Shown here one piece after another: positions 9,747 to 18,389 of a stretch of 124,000 nucleotides of DNA. Made by a program: the position numbers and the translations under genes. The notes under the pieces are model-generated. The model was not told the origin of the DNA. It did not search any database and was given only the letters and a program-made list of their open reading frames with translations. Position 1 is the first letter of the stretch. Every line of letters starts with the position of its first letter. This stretch comes from Hyalangium minutum (GTDB lineage: Bacteria > Myxococcota > Myxococcia > Myxococcales > Myxococcaceae): contig NZ_JMCB01000005.1 of NCBI RefSeq assembly GCF_000737315.1, positions 20,001 through 144,000 of the forward strand. Direction: 5' to 3'.

Positions 9747-10526
9747 TCAGGGAGTGATGAAGAGCGCCGGGAAGAACACCCAGAGGTGCCAGAACGAGAT
9801 GCGCATGAGGAGCAGCACCCCCAGGTGAAAGCTGATGGCCATCACGGCCAGCCACGGGTGCATCGCCGGCCAGAGAACCAGGGCCGGAGCGCCCAACTCG
9901 AACGCCCCTGACGCCAGTCCCATGGCGCGCCTCGCCGCGGGAACGGCCACGACGCGGCGCCCCAGCGCCGTGCCTCGGAAGAGGGTGGACGCCAGCAGGG
10001 TGCGTCCCTGGGTAAACCACTCGAGGCCCCCCACGCGCAGCTTCGAGATGCCGGCGAGCAGGTACACCAGCCCCACCTGGAACTGCATCGCGGTGAGCAT
10101 GAACGACGCCAGCCGCTCGGCCTGCGCGGGAGGCGCGAGGAGCGGCGCGGCTCGAGCGATACAGTAGCCGAGCAGAAACAGGTGCACGTGGAAGACGTTG
10201 TTCCACAGCCGGGGCGACAGGCTCGCCAGGTAGCGATCGAGCAGCCCGAACGCCAGGAGCAGCGCCACGGCGGTTCCAAGCCCTCCAAGCCCCACGGCCA
10301 CGAGCAGGGCGAGGAGTGACACCCCCGTGCGGAGCAGCGGCTGGAGCCGCCCCAGCGGAGGCAGCCACGAGCCGGGGCTGTAGAGCGTGGCCTCGTTCTC
10401 CGTGTAGAAGCGCCCATAGGGGGGCATGCGCGAGAGGACGAAGATGGTTCCCCCCAGCGTCATCCGCACCCACTCCAGCCGGTGCATCGCGTCCGGCTGA
10501 GAGAAGGCGAGCTCCCAAAGCATCAT
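9747..10526 (-). CDS. HTTM-like membrane protein (SdpB-like)
   Basis: Multiple TM helices; QVGLVYLLAGISKL...W and FHLGVLLLMRISFW motifs of HTTM proteins. Confidence 0.7.
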   Translation of the reverse strand: MMLWELAFSQPDAMHRLEWVRMTLGGTIFVLSRMPPYGRFYTENEATLYSPGSWLPPLGRLQPLLRTGVSLLALLVAVGLGGLGTAVALLLAFGLLDRYLASLSPRLWNNVFHVHLFLLGYCIARAAPLLAPPAQAERLASFMLTAMQFQVGLVYLLAGISKLRVGGLEWFTQGRTLLASTLFRGTALGRRVVAVPAARRAMGLASGAFELGAPALVLWPAMHPWLAVMAISFHLGVLLLMRISFWHLWVFFPALFITP

Positions 10527-11065
10527 GAGGCGTTCCCCACCGCCGCCTCGGGGGGGGGCTCGGTTTCTGGGGAGGCCAGGTGGACCGAGCAGAGGGTCTC
10601 GAGCGGACGCTGGATGGACGCCAACTCCGCGCCCGCCACGTACTCCTCGATCGCGTACTCGTACGACACCAGCTCGAAGCCCACGAAGCGCGCTCCCGGG
10701 GGCGGCCGGATGGAGGACTCCACCTCATCGAGCGCGGCCCAGGGCGCCTCATTGAGCCGGTCGAGCATCGTCACCGCGAAGCGCTCCTGGCGCTCCGCAT
10801 CGTCGCCCTCCACGAACACCTGGAAGAGCAGGCGCTGGGCCCGGAAGAACTCCACGGGCAGCACGCTGTACGGGAACACCACGCGCGAGCCCCCCAGCGA
10901 GTCGTGGAGCACGACCATCAGACGCGGCGTCACCGCCGGGACGGCATGCGAGAACATGTTCTGCGCCACGAAGGGCCAGCGGTTCGTGTTCCGCAGCGTG
11001 TGCACCAACTGCACGGCCACCAGTAGGCCGAAGCCGGCCCAGCAGCCCATCTGTACCCAGTCCAT
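10523..11065 (-). CDS. Membrane-anchored protein, SdpA/DUF5819-like partner of the HTTM protein
   Basis: N-terminal TM, WPF...NMFS motif, 4-nt overlap with the HTTM gene. Confidence 0.55.
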   Translation of the reverse strand: MDWVQMGCWAGFGLLVAVQLVHTLRNTNRWPFVAQNMFSHAVPAVTPRLMVVLHDSLGGSRVVFPYSVLPVEFFRAQRLLFQVFVEGDDAERQERFAVTMLDRLNEAPWAALDEVESSIRPPPGARFVGFELVSYEYAIEEYVAGAELASIQRPLETLCSVHLASPETEPPPEAAVGNAS

Positions 11066-11223
11066 GCCCTCGACTCCGCACGCTCCACCGCCGGCGCGCC
11101 CGCCGCGGCGCTCAGCATATCGGATTGCCCCCGGTCACCCTCAACCCAGGATTCCTGGATTAAGGATAAATATCTGTAATTGCTGGGAGAATACGAATGG
11201 CCTGGAAAAATACATTCTCTGTG

Positions 11224-11252
11224 TTGACAGGAAAAACGGCTTAAGCCATTAT
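11224..11252 (+). promoter_or_regulatory. Sigma70-type promoter of mccA1
   Basis: TTGACA-17 bp-CATTAT in an AT-rich intergenic region, 46 bp upstream of the peptide ATG. Confidence 0.65.
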
Positions 11253-11298
11253 TCCTCCTGTCAGCGCGAGTGCTGACTCACCCCCACGGAGATCGACC

Positions 11299-11409
11299 AT
11301 GAACGACAAGGCCACCATCGAGATCAAGAAGGATGAGAAGAAGGCGGAGCCCAAGAAGGTCGTGGTCGTAAAGACCAGCATCAAGGCCGGTCCCGCGGCG
11401 TTCAACTAG
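11299..11409 (+). CDS. mccA: Microcin C-like precursor peptide 1 (36 aa, C-terminal Asn)
   Basis: MNDKATIEIKKDEKKAEPKKVVVVKTSIKAGPAAFN; GGAG RBS; directly upstream of a ThiF gene; not in the ORF track. Confidence 0.9.
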   Translation: MNDKATIEIKKDEKKAEPKKVVVVKTSIKAGPAAFN

Positions 11410-11436
11410 GCCGCCCCTCGCATCTCCTGCTGTAAT

Positions 11437-11480
11437 GACGGCCCGGCCGCTCTTCGAGAGCGCCGGGCTGTTTTCTTTTC
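11437..11480 (+). terminator. Intrinsic terminator-like hairpin between mccA1 and mccB1
   Basis: GGCCCGG...CCGGGCT stem followed by GTTTTCTTTTC. Confidence 0.7.
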
Positions 11481-11514
11481 CCCTCCGAGCCCCTGGACCT
11501 GACGGCCCCTGCCC

Positions 11515-12558
11515 ATGAAAGACCACCTCTGGCTGCTGCCCACCGTCGTCTCATCGGTCATCGGTGATGAGCTGATCCTGTACCAGACGGAGACCCGCCT
11601 GGCGCTCTCGCCCGGAGGCCCGGAGCTCTTCGAGGTGGTGCGGCAGCTCGATGGAAACCGCACGGAGGAGGAGCTGCGCGCGCTGCCTCGGGGCGAGGAG
11701 GTGCTCGAGATCCTCGAGGGAGAGAAGTGGCTGGTCCGGCTCGAGACGCCTCTGGCGCGCTTCATCGAGGGCCGGCCGTGGATCACCCGGCAGCTCTCTT
11801 TCTACGCCCACCTCCAGCGCCGCTACCCGGATCGGATCTTCGCCGAGCTGGCGAGCGCCCACGTCGTCATCGTGGGCACGGGAGGCATCGGCTCTCATGT
11901 CGCCATGAGCCTTGCGGGCGCGGGGGTGCACCGGATGACGCTGATGGATCCGGACACCATCGACCTGAGCAATCTCAACCGGCAGTTCTTCTACACGCGC
12001 GAGGACGTGGGCTCGCGGAAGGTGGACGCGGCCGCGCGCTTCCTGCTGGCCCGCCATCCCCACCTGCAGATCGACGCCATCCCGGAGGCGCTGTTCGCCA
12101 GCGAGGGACAGGCGGACCTGCTGCGGACCGCCAACCTGATCCTCTTCGCGGGAGATGGCCCCACGGTGCTCCAGGGAATGACGGCGCGGGTGGGCAGCAC
12201 GCCCGTGCTCGTGGGGGGCTACATGGGACAGATCGGCGTGGTGGGGCCCACCTTCTGGCCGGCCAAGGGCTCGGCGTGCTGGGGGTGCTGGACCGCCGCC
12301 AATGACGAGAAGCCGCTGGGGGAGATCTTCTCGACGGCGATCTCGCGCGAGGCCGCGTGGAACTCCTCGGGCGTCACCTTGAATGGCATCACCGGCAACC
12401 TCCTGGCGGAGGAGGCCCTGCGGTGCCTGGCGCCCTCGCTGGGAGGCCCCCTGCTGCTCGACGCGCGCATCTCCCTGGACATGGCGACCCTGTCGCTGAA
12501 GCGGACGCCCGAGGCCCCCGTCAACTGCCCCCACCGTCAAGAGGTCCCCAAGGCATGA
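11515..12558 (+). CDS. mccB: ThiF/MccB-family peptide adenylyltransferase 1
   Basis: VGTGGIG, D.DTIDLSNLNRQ, CWGC zinc site; N-terminal peptide-clamp region. Confidence 0.9.
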   Translation: MKDHLWLLPTVVSSVIGDELILYQTETRLALSPGGPELFEVVRQLDGNRTEEELRALPRGEEVLEILEGEKWLVRLETPLARFIEGRPWITRQLSFYAHLQRRYPDRIFAELASAHVVIVGTGGIGSHVAMSLAGAGVHRMTLMDPDTIDLSNLNRQFFYTREDVGSRKVDAAARFLLARHPHLQIDAIPEALFASEGQADLLRTANLILFAGDGPTVLQGMTARVGSTPVLVGGYMGQIGVVGPTFWPAKGSACWGCWTAANDEKPLGEIFSTAISREAAWNSSGVTLNGITGNLLAEEALRCLAPSLGGPLLLDARISLDMATLSLKRTPEAPVNCPHRQEVPKA

Positions 12559-13037
12559 GCGCCACCGACACCCAGTCCAGCTGTTTCTTCTGCAGACTCA
12601 TCGCGGGCCGCGAGCAGGCGTGGAAGATCTGGGAGGACGAGCACCACCTCGCCTTCCTCACGCCGTTCCCCAACGCGGCCGGCTTCACCGTGGTGGCGCC
12701 CAAGAAGCACCTGGGCAGCTACGTGTTCTCGCTGGAGGACGCGGAGTACACCGGCCTGCTGCTGGCGGCCCGAAAGGTGGGGCTCATCCTGGACCGCGCC
12801 TTCGGCACCCGGCGCACCGGGCTGTTCGCCGAGGGCATGGGCATTGATCACGCCCACGTGAAGCTCACGCCGCTGCACGGCCTCCCCGAGGGGCCCTGGC
12901 AGGCGGTGCGCAGCACCGTGCGGACCTTCTACACGCGCTACGAGGGCTACATCGCCTCCCACGACGGGCCGCGCATGCCCGACGCGGAGCTGGACGCACT
13001 GGCCGAGCGCATCCGCAAGGCCGCCGCAGAGATTTGA
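12555..13037 (+). CDS. mccH: HIT-family phosphoramidase, McC immunity
   Basis: CFFC start, HAHVK variant of the HIT motif; ATGA-coupled to mccB1. Confidence 0.85.
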   Translation: MSATDTQSSCFFCRLIAGREQAWKIWEDEHHLAFLTPFPNAAGFTVVAPKKHLGSYVFSLEDAEYTGLLLAARKVGLILDRAFGTRRTGLFAEGMGIDHAHVKLTPLHGLPEGPWQAVRSTVRTFYTRYEGYIASHDGPRMPDAELDALAERIRKAAAEI

Positions 13038-13153
13038 GGCTCTGCCAGGTAAACGTCAAAAACACGTTTGCAGGGGCTTGCGGTTTTTTACGGACTGTGT
13101 GACTATCCTTGACGCAGCGACGCTGTCCGTTTTCACCTCAAGGAGACGCTTCC

Positions 13154-13294
13154 ATGAACGAGAAGACCGCCCAGGAGTCCCAGAAGACCGAGAGCCCCAA
13201 GGCCGAGACCCCGGCCAAGAAGGCCGTCATCGTGAAGACCCGCATCAAGGCGGGCCCGGGCGGTGGTGGCCTTGTGCATCCGATCGCCAACTAG
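13154..13294 (+). CDS. mccA: Microcin C-like precursor peptide 2 (46 aa, C-terminal Asn)
   Basis: MNEKTAQESQKTESPKAETPAKKAVIVKTRIKAGPGGGGLVHPIAN; AGGAGA RBS. Confidence 0.9.
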   Translation: MNEKTAQESQKTESPKAETPAKKAVIVKTRIKAGPGGGGLVHPIAN

Positions 13295-13322
13295 GTAGAA
13301 ACGACAGCTCACTTGAAGAGGC

Positions 13323-13362
13323 AACGGCCCGGCAGCCAGAAGCGTCGGGCCGTTTGTTTTTC
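13323..13362 (+). terminator. Intrinsic terminator-like hairpin between mccA2 and mccB2
   Basis: AACGGCCCGG...TCGGGCCGTT stem followed by TGTTTTT. Confidence 0.7.
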
Positions 13363-14409
13363 ATGAACGACTATCTCTGGCTGCTCCCCACTGTCAGAAC
13401 GTCCCTCGTGAAGGATGAGCTGATCCTCATTCAAGGAAGCAACTTCTTTTCGTTCTCACCCAACGGGCCTCAGCTCCTCGAGGCGGTGCGCCAGTTCGAT
13501 GGGAACCGGACGGAGCGCGAGCTTCGTGCACTGCCCCAGGGAGAGGAGCTGCTGGGCCTGCTCGAGGAGGAGCAGTGGATCGTCCGGCTCGAAGCTCCGC
13601 TGCGTGACCTCATCGAGGGCAGACCCTGGATCAGCCGGCAGCTCTCCTTCTATGCCCACGTCCAGCGGAACTACCCCCACCGGGTCCTCGCGGAGCTGGA
13701 GAAGCGGCACGTTCTGATCGTCGGCACGGGGGGCGTCGGCTCCCATGTGGCAGCCAGTCTGGCGGGCGCGGGCGTGTGCCGGATGACGCTGATGGACCCC
13801 GACACCATCGAGCTGAGCAACCTCAACCGGCAGTTCTTCTATTCGCGTGAGGACATCGGGGCCTCCAAGGCGGCCAAGGCCGCGAGCTTCCTGCTCGCCC
13901 GCCACCCGCACCTGCAGCTCCAGACGCTGCACGAGCCTCTCTTCGCTCACGAGGAGCAGCTTCAGCGGCTTGGAGGCGTGGACCTCATTGTGTTCTGTGG
14001 CGACGGGCCCACGGTCTTGCGGAAGACCGCGCAAGTGGGAATGACGCCGGTGACCAGCGGAGGCTATGCGGGGTCGGAAGGCATCATCGGGCCGACCTGC
14101 TGGCCTGCGAAAGGCTCGGTGTGCTGGGGGTGCCGGAACGACTACAGGGATGAGCCTCGGACGATGGAGATCCTCGGCGCGCAGGTCAGCCGCGAGAATG
14201 ACTGGAACCCTTCCGGTACGACGGTGAACGGCCTCGTGGGCAATCTCCTGGCCGAAGAGGCCCTGCGCTGTCTGGCACCCACGCTGGGGGGGCCCCGGCT
14301 GTTGAATGCTTACATGTCTCTGGACATGGAGAGCCTGGCGCTTCGGCGCATCGAGCTCCCTCCTGTCGAGTGCCCGCACCGCACCGAGCCCTCCACGCCA
14401 CAGCCCTGA
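13363..14409 (+). CDS. mccB: ThiF/MccB-family peptide adenylyltransferase 2
   Basis: Clear paralog of the 11515 gene (YLWLLPTV, QLSFYAH, SNLNRQFFY, CWGC). Confidence 0.9.
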   Translation: MNDYLWLLPTVRTSLVKDELILIQGSNFFSFSPNGPQLLEAVRQFDGNRTERELRALPQGEELLGLLEEEQWIVRLEAPLRDLIEGRPWISRQLSFYAHVQRNYPHRVLAELEKRHVLIVGTGGVGSHVAASLAGAGVCRMTLMDPDTIELSNLNRQFFYSREDIGASKAAKAASFLLARHPHLQLQTLHEPLFAHEEQLQRLGGVDLIVFCGDGPTVLRKTAQVGMTPVTSGGYAGSEGIIGPTCWPAKGSVCWGCRNDYRDEPRTMEILGAQVSRENDWNPSGTTVNGLVGNLLAEEALRCLAPTLGGPRLLNAYMSLDMESLALRRIELPPVECPHRTEPSTPQP

Positions 14410-14517
14410 GTCCAGGGTCCGGCTGAGTGCCTGCTCGCTCCCGCCCTGAGGGGGCTCCGAAACTATCCAGCTCAGGACGGGTGCGTTACGATGTGAGCCC
14501 TCCGATTCGGCGCGCGC

Positions 14518-15693
14518 GTGGCCATCCCCTTCTCCCGGTCTCTCCTCTCGCTCAAGGCGGACAACCAGCGGCCCTCGCTGGTGGCGCTGCTCGTGGGCGT
14601 GTTGATCCTCGGAGGGTGGCTGGCCTGGTTCCTCTGGAGCGAGGTGCCCGTTCACGAGCTCAGCGCTCAGGCGCGCCTGGAGGTGTCTCGCGACGCGTAC
14701 TCCATCGACGCGCCCGTGGCGGGCACGGTGGTGGCGCTCCCCCTGGCCTTGTCCCAGGAGGTCTCCGCGGGGCAGGTGCTCGTCGAGCTGGACACCGCGC
14801 CCGCGCGGCTCAAGTTGCAGGAGGCGCGCGCCCGTCGTGAGAGCCTGTCCCAACAGCTGACGGCCCTGCGCGCCCAGCTCGTCTCGGAGGAGACCACGCT
14901 GCAGAACACCCGGAAGGCCACCGACGCTTCGCTGGAGGAGGCGCGGGCCCTGCTCTCGCAGGCGGAGACTTCGGCGCGGTTCGCCGAGGGGGAGCTGCGG
15001 CGGACCACCGGGCTGCTGGATGGCGGGTTTGTCGCCGAGGCCGAGCACCAGCGCACCACGAGCGAGACGTCCCAGCGGCAGGGCGCCGTGGAGGCCCAGC
15101 GCCGGCTGGTGGAGCGGCTGACGTGGGATGCCCGCGCGAAGCTCAGCAGCCAGCAGGCCCACATGGAGGATCTCCGCCGCCAGGCCGCGCTCCTCGAGGG
15201 CGAGGTCCAGGCCCAGAGCGCGCAGGTGGAGCAGCTCGACTATGAGCTGACGCTGCGGACCATCCGCGCACCCGCCGCGGGCCGCGTCGCCGCGCTTGCG
15301 CCGCTGCGCACGGGCATGGTGGTGCGCCAGGGAGACACGCTGGCCTCGGTTGTTCCCACCGGTGAGCTGAAGGTGATCGCGGACTTCCCGCCTCCCGCAG
15401 CGCTCGGGCGGATCCGCCCCGGCCAGCCCGCCCAGGTGCGGCTGGATGGGTTCCCCTGGGTCCAGTACGGGAGCATCCAGGCCCGGGTCTCCAGCGTGGC
15501 GAGCGAGGCGCGCGCCGGCATCGTCCGCGTGGAGTTCGACGTCCAGCCGGACTCCTCGTCCGCCATTCCCCGGCAGCACGGCCTCACCGGCTCCGTCGAA
15601 GTCGAGGTGGAGCGCACCACCCCCGCCCGGCTCGTGCTGCGCGCGGTGGGGGAGCGCCTCCGAGGTGCCGGGCTGCAAGGGACCGCGCCATGA
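14518..15693 (+). CDS. HlyD-family membrane fusion protein
   Basis: N-terminal TM, APVAGTV lipoyl half-motifs, coiled coil, VRLDGFPWVQYG. Confidence 0.9.
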   Translation: MAIPFSRSLLSLKADNQRPSLVALLVGVLILGGWLAWFLWSEVPVHELSAQARLEVSRDAYSIDAPVAGTVVALPLALSQEVSAGQVLVELDTAPARLKLQEARARRESLSQQLTALRAQLVSEETTLQNTRKATDASLEEARALLSQAETSARFAEGELRRTTGLLDGGFVAEAEHQRTTSETSQRQGAVEAQRRLVERLTWDARAKLSSQQAHMEDLRRQAALLEGEVQAQSAQVEQLDYELTLRTIRAPAAGRVAALAPLRTGMVVRQGDTLASVVPTGELKVIADFPPPAALGRIRPGQPAQVRLDGFPWVQYGSIQARVSSVASEARAGIVRVEFDVQPDSSSAIPRQHGLTGSVEVEVERTTPARLVLRAVGERLRGAGLQGTAP

Positions 15694-18389
15694 GCTCGCG
15701 GCGCCTCCTGGTGCCCGAGGTCATTCAGACCTCGGCGATGGACTGCGGCCCAGCCTCCCTCAAGAGCCTGCTCGAGGGACTGGGCCGTCCCGTCAGCTAC
15801 GGCCGTCTGCGCGAGGCCTGCCAGACGGACGTCGATGGCACTTCGATTGATACGCTCGAGGACCTCATGGTGCAACTCGGGCTGGAGGCCGAGCAGGTCC
15901 TCCTGCCCAGCGACCACCTGCTGCTCCCGGAGGCTGAGTCCCTGCCCGCGCTCGGGCTGATCCGGCTGCCCACGGGCTTTGCCCATTTCGTGGTCATCTG
16001 GGCGCGCCACGGGCCGCTCGTGCAGGTGATGGATCCGGCCACGGGCCGCCGGTGGCCCACGGCCCGCCGCTTCGTCCAGGATCTCTATCCGCACATCATG
16101 TCCCTGCCTGCCGAGGGCTGGCGAGAGTGGGCGCTCAGCGACGAGTTCCTCAAGCCGCTGGGCGCGCGCCTGGCGCAGCTGGGCGTGAAAGGGAGCGATG
16201 CGGAGCGGCTCATCTCGGCCGCCACGGTGGTTCCCGGTCCCATGGGCATCGCTACGCTCGATGCGGCCACGCGGATGACGGAGGCCATGGTCTCCGCGGA
16301 CATTCTCCGCCGGAGCAACGCCCGGCCCGTGGTGGGGTCCCTCTTCGAGCGCGCCCGCGCCTCGGCCGAGGGGCCCGAGCGCATCATCCCCGAGGCCTAT
16401 TGGACGGTGCGCCCCGCGCCCGAGGAAGAGGGGCAGGAGCCCCAGGTGCGCGTCCGGGGCACCGTCGCCGTCCGGGTGAAGGGGCTCAAGGCCCTCGCTC
16501 CGCAAGCGGGTACGGCTGCGGACGATGGGGGCGCCGCGCTCTCTCCGGAGCTGCAGGCCGCGCTGACGGAGCCGCCTGCCCGTCCGGGCCATCAGCTCTG
16601 GAGCCTGGTGCGCCAGGAGCCGCTGCCGCTGCTCTGGGCAGCGCTCACCGGCTTGGGGCTCGGCGCGGGGGCGGTGGTGCTGCAGGCCCTGCTCTTCCGC
16701 AGCCTGTTGGATCTGGGGCGCAGCTTCGGTCCGCCCTTGGAGCGGCTCGGAGTGCTCGCCGGGCTCCTGCTCTTCCTGGGAGCGCTCGCGCTGGTGGAGC
16801 TCCCCACCGCGCTGCTGCTCAAGAGCCTCGGGCGCAAGCTGGAGGCCCGGCTGCGCATCGCGTTCTTCGAGAAGATTCCCAAGCTCGGTGACCGCTACTT
16901 CCGCAGCCGGCCCAGCTCCGACATGGCCCACCGCAGCCACGAGCTTCATGGCCTCCGGTTGCTGCCTGATCTGATGGGCCGGGCGGTGCGGGCCCTCGTC
17001 GAGCTGGGGGTGACGACAGCGGGCATCCTCTGGCTGGCGCCCTCCAGCGCCGTCCCCGCCCTGCTGGCGTGTGCCGCCGGTGTGCTCGTGCCACTCGGGC
17101 TTCAGCCGCTGCTCGCCCAGTGGGACATGCGGGTCCGCACGCACACGGGCTCGCTGAGCCTCTTCTACCTGGATGCCTTCCTGGGCCTGGTCCCCATTCG
17201 CACCCATGCAGCGGCGCGCGCCGTCCGCGCCGAGCACGAGGGGTTGCTGGTCGAGTGGAGCAAGGCCGCTCGGAGCTACCTGAAGGCGGGCGTCATGGCC
17301 GAGGGGCTCCAGGCCCTCTGCGGATTCGGGCTGGCCGCATGGCTCGTCACCAGCCACATCACCCACGCGAGCGACTCCAGCCGCGTGCTGTTGCTCATCT
17401 ACTGGGCCCTCAACCTCCCGGTGCTCGGCAGTGAGCTGACGGCGGTGGCCCGGGAGTATCCGGGGCTGCGCAACACCACGCTCCGGCTCCTGGAGCCGCT
17501 GGGCGCCCGCGAGGAGGAGGCTCGTACGGATGGCTCGGTGCAGGCCCCCGTGTCTGGAGCTGAGCCTGCGGCTGTCTCGGTCTCTCTGGAGAAGGTGACG
17601 GTCCACGCCGCAGGGCATGTCATCCTCCAGGACGTGGATCTGCGCGTCGCGCCGGGGAGCCACGTGGCCGTCATCGGGCCGTCGGGAGCGGGCAAGTCCA
17701 GCCTCATTGGGCTCCTGCTCGGCTGGCACCTGCCCTCCACGGGCGAGCTGCGGGTGGATGGGGCGCGGTTGGAGGCGGAGCGGCTGGTGGCGCTGCGCCG
17801 GCAGACAGTATGGGTGGATCCGGCAACGCAGTTGTGGAACCGCAGCCTGCTGGAGAACCTGCGCTACGGCACGGGCCAGGGCGCCGCGTCCCTGCCTCGG
17901 GTGCTGGAGCAGGCCGAGCTGCTGACGGTGCTCGCCCGCATGCCGGAGGGGCTGCAGACGCCGCTCGGAGAGGGCGGCGGCATGGTCTCCGGTGGCGAGG
18001 GCCAGCGCGTCCGGCTGGGCAGGGCGATGCTCCAGGAGCAGGTGCGCATGGTGGTGCTCGACGAGCCCTTCCGCGGACTGGATCGCGAGCGGCGGCACCG
18101 GCTCATGCTCAACGCCCGGGAGCTGTGGAAGGGCAAGACGCTGTTCTGCATCACCCATGATGTGCGGGAGACGCTCGGCTTCGAGCGGGTGCTGGTCATC
18201 GAAGGAGGGCGGCTCGTCGAGGACGGTCCTCCCGCGGAGCTCTCGGCCCGGCCGGACTCGCGCTACCGCGCGCTGCTGGACGCCGAGGAGCTGGCCGACC
18301 GGGAGATCTGGCAGGGCTCCGAGTGGCGGCGGCTCCGGCTCGAGCAGGGCCAGCTGCGCGAGGAGCAGCCCACGAGGAAGACGGCATGA
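15690..18389 (+). CDS. Peptidase C39-containing ABC exporter
   Basis: QTSAMDCG (catalytic Cys), HFVV (His), TM domain, GPSGAGKS Walker A, SGGEGQR. Confidence 0.92.
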   Translation: MSSRRLLVPEVIQTSAMDCGPASLKSLLEGLGRPVSYGRLREACQTDVDGTSIDTLEDLMVQLGLEAEQVLLPSDHLLLPEAESLPALGLIRLPTGFAHFVVIWARHGPLVQVMDPATGRRWPTARRFVQDLYPHIMSLPAEGWREWALSDEFLKPLGARLAQLGVKGSDAERLISAATVVPGPMGIATLDAATRMTEAMVSADILRRSNARPVVGSLFERARASAEGPERIIPEAYWTVRPAPEEEGQEPQVRVRGTVAVRVKGLKALAPQAGTAADDGGAALSPELQAALTEPPARPGHQLWSLVRQEPLPLLWAALTGLGLGAGAVVLQALLFRSLLDLGRSFGPPLERLGVLAGLLLFLGALALVELPTALLLKSLGRKLEARLRIAFFEKIPKLGDRYFRSRPSSDMAHRSHELHGLRLLPDLMGRAVRALVELGVTTAGILWLAPSSAVPALLACAAGVLVPLGLQPLLAQWDMRVRTHTGSLSLFYLDAFLGLVPIRTHAAARAVRAEHEGLLVEWSKAARSYLKAGVMAEGLQALCGFGLAAWLVTSHITHASDSSRVLLLIYWALNLPVLGSELTAVAREYPGLRNTTLRLLEPLGAREEEARTDGSVQAPVSGAEPAAVSVSLEKVTVHAAGHVILQDVDLRVAPGSHVAVIGPSGAGKSSLIGLLLGWHLPSTGELRVDGARLEAERLVALRRQTVWVDPATQLWNRSLLENLRYGTGQGAASLPRVLEQAELLTVLARMPEGLQTPLGEGGGMVSGGEGQRVRLGRAMLQEQVRMVVLDEPFRGLDRERRHRLMLNARELWKGKTLFCITHDVRETLGFERVLVIEGGRLVEDGPPAELSARPDSRYRALLDAEELADREIWQGSEWRRLRLEQGQLREEQPTRKTA

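Noticed and set aside
13078-13109. Separate sigma70 promoter for mccA2 (TTGCGG-17-GACTAT)
   Set aside because: Match is too weak to call without TSS data.
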